From Octopus vulgaris (taxonomy: Eukaryota): a DNA stretch of 64,000 nucleotides. A program made the position numbers and the translations under genes. Positions 41,151-55,130 of the stretch are shown piece after piece. The notes under the pieces were generated by a model. It did no database searches. It was not told the origin of the DNA and saw nothing but the letters and a program-made list of their open reading frames with translations. Position 1 is the stretch's first letter. Every line of letters begins with the position of its first letter. The stretch is from positions 31,186,001 to 31,250,000 of the forward strand of contig OX597829.1 in the NCBI GenBank assembly GCA_951406725.2, read 5' to 3'.

Positions 41151-41539
41151 TGGTTATATGGTGTGTGTGTGTCTATATATATATATATATATTATATACT
41201 TATATTTATTTATATATTATATATATAAATATATATTTATATTAATATATATATTTATTTAATAATTATTTATATATTTAATATATGCATATATATATAA
41301 TATATGTATATATATTTAATATATATAAATATATATATAGATAGATAGATTAATATATATATATATATATATATATATAGGCGCAGGAGTGGCTGTGTGG
41401 TAAGTAGCTTGCTTACAAGCACATGGTTCCTGGTCCAGTCCCACTGCGTGGCACCATGAACAAGTGTCTTCTAGTATAGCCCCAGGCTGACCAAAACCTT
41501 GTGAGTAGATTTGGTAGACAGAAACTGAAAGAACCCTGT

Positions 41540-41572
<33 letters not shown>

Positions 41573-41808
41573 ATATATATATATGCGAGTGTGTGTGTGT
41601 GTGCATGTTTGTGCGTCTGTGTTTGTCCCCCCCCCCCCAACATCACTTGACAATTGATAGTGGTGTGCTTACATCCCTGTACTTGAAGGTCTGGCAAAAG
41701 TGACACATAATAAGTACTAGCCTTACAAAGTCCTGGGGTCGATTTGCTTGAATAAAGGTGGTGCTCCAGCTTGGCTGCAATCAAATGACTGAAACAAAAG
41801 AATAAAAG

Positions 41809-41869
<61 letters not shown>

Positions 41870-42008
41870 CGTGACTGACCAGGCTATCAGATGTTGCTAC
41901 ACACTGCTGGTCACAATGCGCTTCGCACATTGTTTTAGCCTTCAAATGACGCCACCCCGCTGGCTAAGTGAGCAGGCCAATATATATTTATATTTATAGA
42001 TATATATC

Positions 42009-42183
<175 letters not shown>

Positions 42184-42869
42184 GAAGGTTTGAAAATGCA
42201 ATTTTAAAGATCTTTATTCACCTGACCAGTTTCATTTTTTTAGAAAAAGATTGTCAAAAGTAAAATGTAAAGCTTTGTATGAGGTTTGTTGTGTTAAGTA
42301 CTGGTTGTCACAAAAGTATTAAAATACATATATACATTCTTTGATGATAATAATAAGAATGTTAAAAACAGTTTGCAAGAAAATATTCAACAAAGCATAT
42401 TAGGAGTTCCATAAAAATCATGTTTGTTTGGTAGTGTCTATATACATACACAGAAGTATTAGGAGTTCAATAAAAATTATGTTTGCTTGATAGTATATAT
42501 ATACACAGAAGGAGATATATATATATAAGAGTTTACAAAGAATTTGAGATGAACCAACCTGTTTTCCTAGCATTTTATTTTGTGTGTAGCTAAGGGTTGT
42601 TTGCTATTTTAAGGGACAGTGTGGGAGGTTGGTTGGGGTGGGGGAAGGAAGAGCAATGTGGAATTAAAAGGATTTTTTGTTTCTGGGCTAGTCTGTCATG
42701 GTTCAGTGGTTTGGGGGACTGGTCTTAGAGGTCAGAACTGTGTGAGTGTGTGTGTGTATATATACATGTGTTTGTGTGTGTGGGCCATTTTTGATTGGTC
42801 ACAGAGTTTATTGTGGTGTGTGTAAATGTGTCTGTATGTGGTTTATATTTGGTAGGTTGGTGCATTAAA

Positions 42870-44500
42870 TCATCTCCCCAAACATACCAATAAAGACATT
42901 TCAATTGTCTCCTTTGATGTAATAAACCATTACACTACGATCCCACATGAATATGGACTGGAAGTCATTAAATTCTGGCTAGAAAAATACCCCAATGAGG
43001 TCCCAGAAAGAATTAAAAAATAATTCATCATTGAGGGCCTTAAGTTTATTCTCCAAAACAACTTTATGAATTTTAATAATAACACCAACAGACAAGTATC
43101 AGGGACTGCAATGGATACTAAAGTTGCCCCTACTTATGCAAACCTAGTGATGGCCTACCTAGAATTACAAATTTATGAAAAATCCAAATATAAGTATGGC
43201 CTGTCTTTCCACAAATACCTGTTGGAGAATTGGAAATGCTACTTGGATGAATGCCTTATCCTATGGTCCCACACACTCAACCAACTTATTGACTTCAAAA
43301 ACCTAATCAACAGTTTCAACAATCATATCCAATTTACAATGGAATATAGTCAAGACCAACTTCCTTTTCTTGATATTCTTATTATTAAAAAAGGCACCAA
43401 CATTGAAACTGATATCCACTACAAACCAACTGATTCCAAACAATACCTTCTGTTCACCTCCAATCACCCAAAGCACACAAAGACAAATATCCCCTTCAAC
43501 CTAGCGAGGAGAATCTGCACAATTGTCTCAAATTATAGAATACGAAATAAAATACTCCAAGAACTAAAGGCAATTCTTCTCGAAAGGCATTACCCAGCAT
43601 CATTAGTTGACAATGGAACAGAACGGGCCAAGACAATTACTACCCAAGACTTATGAAAACCGAAACACACTCATGGTACAGTAAATAGTCTCATCTATCT
43701 CTCAACACACAATCCAAGAAATGCAGAAGCTTACACAATTATATAGAAGAACATCCCACAGCTGAATCAAGACCCACAACTAAAAAAAGTACTCACAACT
43801 CATAAAATAATAAAAAGCAAAAGACAACCCAAATTCCTAAAAAACCTACTCACGAATGCAAAATTACCCAACATAAGCCCACCGTCAAAAGATGTGGTCA
43901 TTCCAACTGCAGGACTTGCATCCACCTCATTGAAGGAACAATATACAAATTCCAGTCGGGACAAACTTTTGTCATAAAAAATAATTTCACCTGCGCATCA
44001 AAGAATTTACTCTATGCTATAAGGTGTGGAGGGTGCCACAAAGATTACATAGGGCAATGAGCCTTACCCTAAGAAAAAGGATGGCAGTTCACCGCCAACA
44101 ATTGAGAGATCCCACCACAAAACAGATACCACTTAGTGGGCATTTAGATCTCTGTGCACACAACAAGTCCCCCAAATTGCTAGTTTTCCCACTATACCAA
44201 TGCCCAGACAACACCATTAATCAAACACGAATAAATAGGGAAAATAATCTTATTCAAAAACACAGACCACAACTCAACATACTCTGACATAGACCCCAGG
44301 TACACATCCAAAACAAATACACAGAAACACATACAGATATACAAAATCACACACACAAAAACAATGTAAGCCTCCGATGCAAACACACATACATACATAT
44401 ACAAACATGCTCAAACACAATAATCTGCACACTAGAGCACAAACCCATACACATTCCAAGAAAAAACACATATATACACTTGCAATATGATTCTAGCAAC
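42870..44500 (+). mobile_element. 5'-truncated Penelope-like element (RT plus GIY-YIG), decayed
   Basis: IVSFDV..HYTTIPH.YG...ILQNNF.NFN...QVSGTAMDTKVAPTYANLVM...YLDE...FTME....LPFLDI...YKPTD..QYL..TS.HP.H.K.NIP, followed by C..C...FTCASKNLLYAI.C..C.KDYIGQ and LRKRMAVHRQQ. Confidence 0.92.
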
Positions 44501-44556
44501 CACAACCAACACTCACACACACATACATATATATATAAAAATATATATATATATAT

Positions 44557-44808
44557 TGGTAAAAATGGTAAGATAACAAAAGGAAGAAAGAGACCTCAAT
44601 ATTATGTAAATAGAGGAAATTTATCTGTAAAATAATATGTGACAATTATTCAATAGCCAAGATAAAACTCTGAGTTTCAGATGCCGAGGTGGAAATCCAC
44701 AACACCATCTCTTCAGTTATCTGGCCAGATAACCGAAGAGATAGTGTTGTGGAAACACAGAGTTTTATCTTGGCTATTGGATATTTGTCACATATTATTC
44801 TACAGATA
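44557..44808. repeat. asymmetric palindrome of an HHR-bearing PLE-like terminal repeat
   Basis: Centre ttatctgg|ccagataa (~44724). Arms 44622-44724 and 44725-44808; the right arm has an internal deletion and the left arm a ~65 nt extension. Confidence 0.85.
44660..44722 (-). ncRNA. type-I hammerhead ribozyme motif, near intact
   Basis: AGAUAA-CUGAAGA-GAUG...CAUC-U-GAAA-CUCAGAG-UU-UUAUCU. Stem I is a perfect 6 bp, stem II is GAUG/CAUC and stem III is ACUC/GAGU. Confidence 0.7.
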
Positions 44809-44814
44809 TATAAA

Positions 44815-45250
44815 TATGGCTGTATGGTAAGTAGCTTGCTTACCAACCACATGATTCCGGGTTCAGTTCAACTGCGGGGCACCTTGAGTAAGTGTCTTCT
44901 ACTATACCCTTGTGAGTGGATTTGGTAGACTGAAACTGAAAGAAGCCCATTGTATATATGTATATGTATATATGTGTGTCTGTGTTTGGCCCCCTATCAT
45001 CGCTTGACAACCGATGCTGGTGTGTTTACAGCCCTGTAACTTAGCAGTTCAGCAAAAGAGACCAATAGAGTAAGTACTAGGCTTACAAAGAATAAGTCCT
45101 GGGGTCAATTTGCTCCAATATGGCGACAGTCAAATGACTGAAACAAGTAAAAGAATACTTCACAATAGATGCATGGCGTTCAATCAAATAATAATCTAAT
45201 AATATATATATATACGCACACATACATATATTGTTTATATTATATATATA

Positions 45251-45300
<50 letters not shown>

Positions 45301-45658
45301 GATATGTATATCTGTGTGTGTGTAGATATATATTATTTTATTTGTTTCAGTCATTTGACAGTGGCCATGCTGCAGCATCACCTTTATTCGAACAAATCAA
45401 CCCCAGGGCTGATTCTTTTGTAATCTTAGTATTTATTCAATCATCTTTTTTACTGAACCGCTAAGTTATGGGGATGAAAACAAACCAACATCAATTGTCA
45501 AACGCAGACATACAAACATATACACATATGCATATACATATATAATTGTTAAAATGGACAACAAACATTAAGGCAAGGCAACACATCTCAAATCATATAC
45601 ATCATTATTATTAGAAAAAAGATTCAAAGTCTTACAGCTGTTTCTGGGACATCACAGA

Positions 45659-45691
<33 letters not shown>

Positions 45692-45845
45692 ACGGGTTTC
45701 TTTCAGTTTCAGTCTACAAAATCCACTCACAATGCTTTGGTTGGCCTTAGGCTGTAGTAGAAGACACTTCCCTAAGGTGCCACACAGTGGAACTAACCCA
45801 GAACCATTTGGTTGGTAAGCAAGCTGCTTACCACACAGTCTTTCC
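44815..45845. mobile_element. tail-to-tail major SINE pair (44815-45154 +, 45335-45845 -); the second is interrupted by a PLE-like end
   Basis: Both match the SINE consensus. The insert at ~45545-45660 reads GAAACAGCUGUA on the minus strand, an HHR 3' half. Confidence 0.75.
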
Positions 45846-45904
45846 TGCAGTTACATGTGTGTGTGTAGATATATGTATGTACATATAAGGATATGTATGT
45901 ATGT

Positions 45905-47900
45905 ATCATCATCATCATCATCGTTTAACATCCACTTTCCACACTGGCCTGGGTTGGACAGTTTGACTGAGGACTGGCAAGCCAGTAGGCTTTGACAGGC
46001 TCCAATCTTATCTGGCAAGGTTTCTACAGCTGGATGCCCTTCCTAATGCCAACCACTCTGAAAGTGTAATGGATTCTTTTTACATGTCACCAGCACAGGA
46101 GCCAGTCAGGTGGCATTGGCATCGACCATGTTTGGATGGTGCTTTTTACATGCCACCGGCATGGGAGCCAGTCGGACGTGGGACTGGTATTGACCAGGTT
46201 TGGATGGTGCTTTTTACATGTCACCAGCACGGGAAGTCAGTCAGGCAGAACTGGCATTGACCCACGCTAGAGTGGTGCTTATTACATGCCACCAGCATGG
46301 GTGCCAGTCAGGCAGATCTGGCATTGGCCACAACTACAATTTCTATTTTGATTTCAATCTTGATTTGCTTTTGATTTTTGATTTTACTTGATTCAATAGG
46401 TCTTCTCAAGCACGGTGTGTTGCCCAATGATTCAAAGGTACTTTTAAATGGACTGGTATAGGCTATGGCTGTGATCTCACTTTACTTGCCAGGTCTTCTC
46501 AATCACAGCATATCTCCAAAGGTCTTGGCCTCTTATCATCACCTCTGTGAAGCCCATCATTTAAAGGTCATGCTTCACCACCTCGTCCCATGTCTTCCTC
46601 AGTCTCCCTCTTTCACGGGTTCCTTCCACTGTTAGGATGTGGCACCTCTTCACAGCTCCCCTCATCCATACACAGCACATGACCATACCAGTGCAGTTGT
46701 CTCTCTAGTACACTGCATCTTATGTCCAACATTTCTCTCTGGGTGCTTACACACAGTTTTGTATGCACACTGACATTACACATCCAGCAGATCATACCAG
46801 CTTCATTTCTTTCAAGCCTACACCATGGTCCATGTTTCACTGCCATGTAGCATGGCTGTTCATACACATGCATCATACAGTCTACCTTTCACTCTGAGCA
46901 AGAGGCCCTTTGTTACTAACAGAAGTAGGAGCTTTCTGAACTTTGCCCAGACTATTCTTATTCAAGTGCTCACACTCTCAGATCATCCACCCCCACTACA
47001 GACTTGGCCACCTGGGTAGTGGAAGCTATCTACTATGTATAGTTTTCCCCCTGGCTTGTGATGGAATCTGTTTTCTGAGCATCTTCAGTGTTTATTGCCC
47101 CTGTGCATCTGCTGCACACAAAAACTATCATCCCAGTTAACCTTCCCTAGATATTGCTGCACCTCTTATGTATCCATAACTTACACTGGGTACATCTTAT
47201 GGAGTTTCTACCTACACCTTTTCTACAGATCGAGCAGGGCCATCTACCTGTGATTTGTCTGTTTTCCTACTTACGAAGACTTTGGTTTTTGCAACATTGA
47301 TTCTAAGGCCCTTCGATTCTAAATTTTGCTTCCACACCTGTAATTTCTTCTGTAGTTCTGGGAGTGATTCAGCTATGAGAGCAAGGTCATCAGCATAGAA
47401 GGACTCCCAGGGGCAGCCTGTCTTGAATTCCTCTTTTATTGCCTGGAGGATTATGATGAATAAGAGGTGGCTGAGGACTGGTCCTTGGTGAACCCCTACT
47501 TCTGCCCGAAATTCTTCACTATACTCATTGCTGACCCTCACCTTACTGATAGCATCCCTGTACTGAGCCCGTACAACTCTTACTAACCACTTGTCTATAC
47601 CTAGTTTCCAGATAAGGGATCAGGGGACCCTGTCAAAGGCTTTTTCCAAGTCAACAAAAGCCAAGTACAGAGGTTTATCTTTGGCTAGATATTTCTCCTG
47701 CAGTTACCTCACCAGAAATAAAGCATCAATGGTGCTTCTACCTAGCACAAAACCAAACTGCATCTCATCTAGGCTAACTCTCTCCCTAATTAGTTGTGCT
47801 GTAGCCCTCTCCATGACCTTCATCACCTAATTCAGCCATTTGATACCCCTGTAGTTATTTCTAGCTAAAGCATCACCTTCACCTTTGTAGATGTTGACTA
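45905..47900 (-). mobile_element. 5'-truncated RTE-clade LINE with a tandem-repeat 3' UTR
   Basis: NYRGIK...QFGFVLGRSTIDA...AFVDLEKAFDRVP...GVHQG.VLS.LLF...FYADDLALIAE...GLRINVAKTKV, ending in a (GAT)n tail. Confidence 0.9.
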
Positions 47901-47959
47901 GATGTGTATATTGTTAGCCACTACATACATTTTTTTCTCTCCTTGTTTTTCCTGTGTCC

Positions 47960-47995
47960 CTTTCTGTAGAAGAGCGTAGGCTCAAAACATAAAAG
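47960..47995 (+). ncRNA. minimal hammerhead-like motif with a CUGUAGA core, in a PLE-like terminal repeat (~47900-48086)
   Basis: CUUU-CUGUAGA-A-GAGC-GUAG-GCUC-AAAA-CA-UA-AAAG. Stems I and II are intact; the GAAA and ACGU positions show CpG-type decay. Confidence 0.5.
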
Positions 47996-48483
47996 ATTTT
48001 TTTCTATTCCTGAGCGTTATACTAATACATCTGTTTGTTTTGTACACCACCTGTCTTCGTCTTTTGTTTTTTCGTAAACTCTCCTTATATATATATATAT
48101 GTAAATATATGTGTGTGTGTATGTATGTATATGCACATATGTGTATGTGTGTGTATGTATATATATATTTGTATATATATGTGATGATGATGATGTATAT
48201 ATTTGTATATATATTGTGATGATGATGATGATATCCATATTTTTCCGTCCTTGTTTTTGTATACATTTGCTGCTTTCTTCCAAGGAATCTAATGCTCTTA
48301 GCTTAGTTTTTCCTTGGGACTGGCCAGATTGGAGCAATCTCGAGTATAATCAGCTGAAAATACGAAGATAATCTGGTACTCGACTGAGGAAAGAAAAATC
48401 CAAATAACCCATCCTTGTTTTCTTTGTATCGTCTTTCTGAATGTTTTGTTGTCCTATTTTGTATTTTATACATACATACATAC

Positions 48484-48590
<107 letters not shown>

Positions 48591-48604
48591 CACACACACA
48601 CATA

Positions 48605-51405
48605 TGAACTCTGCCAGGGCTGGTCCAAAGCCCGGCTGCAAAAGGAAAAGGGTTTGGCATTGGGCCAGCAACCTGACCCCGTAAAAAACCTCAGTGCTAC
48701 AGAAATGGCAAGAACAAACCAACATCTTCAAACTGACTGCAGAGGAGGTTACCACCTTACTATGATGGTGTTGGATCAAAGCCATCAGGACATCCAGCAC
48801 CCAATATGTGGTTCAATTTTCAATGCGAACCAACAAACAAAAATTGGGACTTGGAATGTAAGGACACTGTACCAGCGTGGCAGAGTGGTGCAGCTGCTTG
48901 AAGAAGTGGAAAGATATCAGATGAACATCCTTGGAATTAGCGAAATGAGATGGACTGGCAGTGGATGGTTGGTTGGTGACAGCAGGACTACTATCGACTC
49001 AGGCCACGAAGTGGAACACATGTGAGGAGTCAGCATCATCATGCCCACAAGGGCAGCTGGAGTGCTTATTGGATGGAAACTTACCAGTAATTACATCATT
49101 ACCACTTGATTCCAAATGTGTTTGTCCAGGATCACTGTTATCCAGGCCTATGACCCCATCGAAGACATGGAAGAGGCCGATAAAGAAGCTTTCTACAACT
49201 AACTACAGAATGCCCTAGACGACACCCTTCATCACGACTTAGTCCTACTAATTGGCAAGTTCAGTGCCAAAATCACAAGAAACTGATAAATCTACAAGCA
49301 CATAATTGGCCCAAACAGCACAGCAACTGATACTAGCAACAACGGTGATTGGTTGGTCTCATTCTGCTCAATGACTAGGTTGATGATCAGAAACACTTAC
49401 TTCGAACACAAGTGGCTCCACGAGAAACATGGTGGTCACTGGATGGTTGAACATTTAACGAGGTCGATTATGTCTGAATTAGTAAGTGGTGGAGATCTGC
49501 CCCGCTGGATGTGCCAGGGAGCAGATGTAGGCTCAGATCATTACTTCCTCTTTGCAAAGTGTTGGCTTCGATTGTGGTGCTTGCTGCTCGTGCAGAGTCA
49601 CCCCACCCCCCTTTGCAGTGAAGAAATTTAAAGACTGAAGGCCAGTCGATCAATTCCTGTTGGAACTGAGAAACCAATTCTGACCTCTTGCAGATATGGA
49701 TGAGGTTGACATCAACAGCTACTTTAGGAAGTCCAAGGAGGCAATTATTGAAAGTGCCAAGAAGACCATTGGCAGACGCTGTGGCACATACAAGGAGCAT
49801 TGGATCCAAGATCAAATGTGGATCCCGGTCGATGCGAGATAAAAGGCTAAAATACAGCGAGACCTAGTGCAAATGAAGCCCAGCAGGAAGCATTGGAAAC
49901 ATATCAGACAATGGATCAAAGAGTGAAGAAGAGCTGTCGGAAAGAAAAGCAAGATTGGTTGGAACAAAGAAGTCAGGAGGCACAGGAGGTGGTGGATTGA
50001 AATGATACAAAGACTTTATACCATATCGTACCTGATCTTACCGGAATGAGAAGCAGACAAGGAGTACCCATCAAGGACAAGAACACAAAGTTGTTACTGA
50101 CTGTGGAACATCAAGCAAGAAGACGGGTTGAACTCTTTAAAGAGATGCTCAATTAGCCTGTGCCTGCAGACCTCTTTGCTCTTGACCCACTGATCCTTGA
50201 TGACCATTTGGCAGTGAACACAGGTGAAATGATGACAGCCGAGATGGTGGCGGCGATATGGCTCTTGAAGAACAACAAGGTTCTGGGACTGAATATGGTA
50301 GCAGCAGAGATGCTGAAACATGGAGGTCATCCCATCATCGAATACCTGATGGCCCTCCTTAAAGTATCCTGGGCAACAAGCCAGGTCCCAGAGGATTGGC
50401 AATGGGGGTAATTGTCAAACTGCCAAAGAAAGGAAACCTTGCCGATTGCAATAATTGCAATAATTGAATTACACTTCTATCTGTCCCTGGAAAGGTCTTT
50501 GGTTTCATCCTCTTAAGATAGCTGCAACAGGCAGTGGATGAGAGGCTCCAAGAAAAACAAGCCAGTTTTTGATGCGGACAGTCATGCAAAGAACAAATCT
50601 TCATGTTGTGCAACATTACTGAACAAAGCCTAGAATATCAGCAACAGCAATTAATCATTTTTATTGATTTTGTCAAGGCATTTGACAGCTTACACCAGTG
50701 ATCGTTGTGGTGCATCACTTGTGACTACGGCATTCCTGAGCATTTCCTCGGAGCGGCGAAGAATGTCATTTGCACAAGGACAGAGAGATTGGAACATGAG
50801 GCAGCCAAGATCGGGCTCTGCATAAGTGCAAACAAGACTAAGGCCATGAGGATTGGATATGTTAATGGGAACAACAATGGTATCCCCTTGATGATTGGAC
50901 AACACCAAATTGAGGAAGTTGATGAGTTTACCTATTTGGGCAGTGTCATGGCCAACAACAGAGACACCAAATGCGACATTACCTGCCAGATTGTGAAGGT
51001 CTTAGCTATCTTTCAAAGACCTAGACTCATCTGGGCAGGTAGGGCGATCTCCACTAAGTCTAAAGTGCACCTCTTCAACAACATCATCATATCATCAGCA
51101 ATATTCACGGTGGAAATGTGGAAGACATCAACAAAGATGTATTTCTGCTACAATGACTCTGGCAGATACTGTGAATATCATACCAGGACCACATCACCAA
51201 TGACAAGATACATCACTGAACTGATATCCGTCTACTCCATGACATTGTCACTGAGTGCCGCTTGTGATTCGCAGGCCATGTTCTCCAATTACCATTGGCA
51301 CGGCATACAAAACCCACCATTCTGTGGAAGCCACCACATGGTAAGAGAAAACAAGGGTGACCAGGAGCGATTGGCACCACACATTCATCAATGACCTCAA
51401 AGCAG
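48605..51405 (+). mobile_element. near full-length, decayed RTE-clade LINE (AP endonuclease plus RT) with an internal RT deletion
   Basis: [11 protein letters not shown]...[13 protein letters not shown]...GADVGSDH, then VPEDW..GVIVKLPKKGNL.DC.N..ITLLSVPGKV...FIDFVKAFDS, jumping to GL.IS.NKTK...VDEFTYLGS. Many stops and frameshifts. Confidence 0.9.
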
Positions 51406-51504
51406 TGTATTTTATCACTTCATACACATACCAAAATACATTTATGTCTTAGAATATAAGTATTTGATTTTCTAATATATAGATATACTAATATTCTTAT
51501 ATAT

Positions 51505-52260
51505 GTCTTTGCATGTGCCCACTCTTTGATCTGGTGGTCATTGAGGAAAATAGGGGTAGATGAAAGGCTTGTAAAAGCCATACAAGCCATGTATAGGGGT
51601 GTTGCCAGTAAGGTGAAAGTTTCTTGCATGTACAATGATAAATTTAGAGTACAGGTGAGTGTTCAAAAGACCTTGATCTGAGTCCCTTCCTGTTCATTGT
51701 TGTCCTCCAGGCCATAACAGGAATTTAAGAGCAGCTGCCATGCAAACTGCTTTATGATGATGACCATATTCTTGTAACAGAATCTGTAACAGGATTAGGA
51801 AAAAAATTCCTTGTGTGAAAGCAAAAGCTAGAATTGAAAGGCCTTAAATTTTACTTAACAAAGACCAATGTATTAGGAAGCAGGAAAATAGACAGGATGC
51901 TACTTCATTCAGTCAAATGACTTTGCCTGACATGTGGGAAAGGAGTAGGAAGGAATTCCATATGGTGTACCCAGTACAAGTTATGGATACACAAGAGGTA
52001 CAGTGGAGTCACAAGAAGGTTAATGGAGAAGGTAAGAAGGTAGTCTTTGTATGTGGAAGATGTACAGGTGCCATAAAAACTAAGGATACTTGGGAAATTG
52101 ATTTTCTCAAATGTCCTGGTGAATCCCTAGAGGTAGTAGATAGTTTCTGTTACCTGGACACCCTAATTAGCAGTTTAGAGGACTGTTCTGAAAATATAAT
52201 TGTTAGAATAAGAATTGGTGAAAGTTTAGAGAGCTATTTGCCTCAGCTGGAAAAAAGAAA
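51505..52260 (+). mobile_element. decayed RTE LINE RT fragment
   Basis: LIWWSLRKIGVDERLVKAIQAMY...LY.DD.IL...LEVVDSFCYL, homologous to 45905-47900. Confidence 0.8.
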
Positions 52261-52404
52261 CACCAATACACCGGCTGTTGTTATCAAACTGAACATGAGC
52301 TGAGAATTATTTCATTTTAGCTTTCACTGCTTATACTAAACACAAGAAATTTTTGCCTTATGATGTGGAACATTTCCTTTTCTTTCTCTCTTTTTAGAAA
52401 ATGG

Positions 52405-52710
52405 CACTCACAGTTACAATGACGAGGTTCCTGTTTATCTGATCAATGAACAATCTGCTCGTAAAATTAACTTGCAAATGGTTGAGTACTCCACAGACAT
52501 GCATACCATATGGTAGTTCTCAGGGAGATTCAGCCTCACACACAATGTGATAAGGTTGGCTCCTTTGATTTACATTTTTGCCAGCTGAGTGGACTGCAGC
52601 AAGGTGAAGTAGAGTACCATGCTCAAGAACACAGTGTGCTGCAGGGATTGATACTCATGACTTTACAATAATGGGCTAAAATACCCCTAACCATTGAGCC
52701 ACACACCTTC
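52405..52710 (-). mobile_element. old tRNA-derived SINE
   Basis: Minus-strand head gtgtggctcaatggttagggg...gagtatcaatccctg, followed by gtgttcttgagc and cagtccactcagctgg central-domain-like motifs. Confidence 0.6.
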
Positions 52711-53973
52711 ACTTTCTTAACAGTAGAGAAAAGGAGTGAAGCAATAGAGACAGAGAAAGGAAAGCCTCAGTCATTTTCAATGACAATTAGACTGAAATCA
52801 ATCTTTTCTAGCTTCTTTACTTTTAACAATGAAGAAGTGGGAAAGACATTTAGTAATGAATAGAGGGAAAGTCTTTCAGATGTTTATGTTTTTATTCTGG
52901 AAGTTCTAGAACAATCAATTGCTACTTCTCTCTGCTTTCCTCCACCCCTGGTACTTATTCACCTTCTTTTATAGTTCTTCATGTCTTTTAGTTGGTGGGG
53001 GAAGACTATGTTTTTTTTTTTTCAGGTATGTTTAATGTTTTCTTTACAAACTACAGACAAGCCCCACTCTCATCCCTTTTTTTCATACAAAAACTAATAC
53101 AAATTTCCAATGGGGTATAGCTGTGATAAGAGCCCAGAAAAATGGGTAACACCCACTACAAAATGGGTGGAGGAGAAAAGTTGTCAACAGGTGGCTACAC
53201 GAAATTCAACTCTATACTTTAAAGAGTGTCTTCTATTATAGCTTCAGGCCAACCAAAGCCTCCTGAGTGAATTAGTAGATGGATACTGAAAGAAGCCCAT
53301 CATATCATATTTTTACAAGTGTGTGTTTGTGACTGTGTTTGTGTCCCCCCCCCCCCGATCACCATTGTTTGACAACCGATGTTCGTATGTTTATGCCCCC
53401 ATAACTTAGCTGTTCAGCAGAAGAGACTGATAGAATAAGCACCAGGCTTACAGGGAATAAGTCCAAGGGTCAATTTCTTTGACTAAATGGCAGTGCTCCA
53501 GCATGGCTACTGTCAAATGACTGAAACAAGTAAGAGAATACAATAATACCAGAAGAACGTTCCGTACCACTAAACCAAGAGGGTTCTTTGAATATGTATG
53601 ATGTATTTTAAGGTTAAATAGATATTCCGTTTATGTTTGCGTAACTGAGATATTTTGGTTGGATTATATAGTCATCGGTTTTATATGTCTTTCTATATTC
53701 TGTAACTGTCATAATATAGAAACATTTCTCATGGCACCAGCACACAATTTACAAATGCTTACATTTTTTATGTTTTCCCTGAATTTTTCACGGATCCAGC
53801 AAGTAAATTATTATTGTATCCATCACGGACTGCTCAAAGCTTACAAAATTCCTACACTTAGACCCTTGGATCTTACAATTACATATATGTATTTGTGTGT
53901 GTGTGTTTAGTTCAAATGTACTGAAAACAAAAGACAAAGACATGTGAGGGAACAACAAGTAGGTGTATTAGTT

Positions 53974-55065
53974 TGTAGCATTGCTGATATCCTCACTGTT
54001 TGAGAGATATATTAGAAATGATCTTGTGTTAGATAACAACCAGCTTCAGCTATTTTGACCCTGTTGTGTCCACTGCTCTGATTGGTTGACAGTGGCGCAG
54101 TTTGTCTCTTGACCTATTTCACACCAGTGTGTAAACCAACCAATCACGGCCTTCAGATAAGGTCCCATGACATACTCTTTTTTGGGTTTCACTGGAGCCC
54201 ACCTCAGGTTATAAGAAGGCCCCAGCATTCACAATTTCTCATCATGGGTTCCAGTCTTTCTCAGGGCTAACCTCTGACCACAGAGTGACTCAACCATGTT
54301 CCAGCAACATCAGTCTTAAGTAACAGTCCTCCTCAGGACTAAACTCTGACCACAGAGTGACTCAGCCAGTTCCATGTTCCAGCAATGGCCAGCCAGCCAT
54401 GATGACGCTAACATACACCAGCAACGCAAGACGTCTCCACCACCATTGCCATCATCTCAACCGTTGCCATCACCACCGTCGACTTCTCTGGTTTAGCTTT
54501 CTTGCTGTTGTTATATTCACTGTGGTTAACAGCACGACACTACCTGCTTGAATTCCTGTGTCAAGAGACCTGGCACAGCATTGAAGCCCCAACTGCTACA
54601 TGACATGTATTCAACCGGCATTCTGCCTTTTGACCCCAACATCCTGTTACAGAACTATTACTATTGTGTAACCTTATTACGAACTGGTAAATAAATTCCA
54701 TCTTGTCTAAAATACCCTGAGAGACTCTTTCCTATGTTCAGTATTCTGTCTTACCCGCACACACCTTTGTTTGTACTTATGTTCACTCTTGTAATGCACA
54801 CACGGACACACAGATACAAACACTTGTCGTATGGACACAGACACTCCACTTTGCTAGCACCCATACTTTATCTCATATTGTACACATCTGTAAATAAAGT
54901 CTTCTCTCTCAAACAGTAGAACGGTTGTCATCCTCATTATTCCATTTTGGCACTTATCCATTTATATCACGTATTTGGCTTCTTCCTTTGTTAGGGCAAC
55001 TGTGCGGCATTTAAAAGGAGACATTTCTGTCACCAACTCCTTACGTACAGTCGTTATTCCTTACA
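53974..55065 (+). mobile_element. solo LTR (Gypsy-like) inserted into an HHR-bearing PLE terminal repeat
   Basis: TGTA...TACA termini with 4-bp flanks agtt/aatt and AATAAA signals (~54690, ~54893). The flanks rejoin as ggtgtattagtt|tgctgctcaggaag, the rc of the repeat seen intact at ~29405-29430. Confidence 0.7.
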
Positions 55066-55094
55066 AATTTGCTGCTCAGGAAGAATTAAAAAGT

Positions 55095-55130
55095 CTTTGA
55101 TGTTTCGAGCCTATGCTCTTTGACAGAAGC
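55095..55130 (-). ncRNA. minimal hammerhead-like motif with a CUGUCAA core
   Basis: CUU-CUGUCAA-A-GAGC-AUAG-GCUC-GAAA-CA-UC-AAAG. Same family as 47960-47995. Confidence 0.5.

Noticed and set aside
48233-48470. Repeat with a ccagatt/aatctgg stem and GAAA, possibly another ribozyme
   Set aside because: No CUGANGA-like or compensatory core could be placed.
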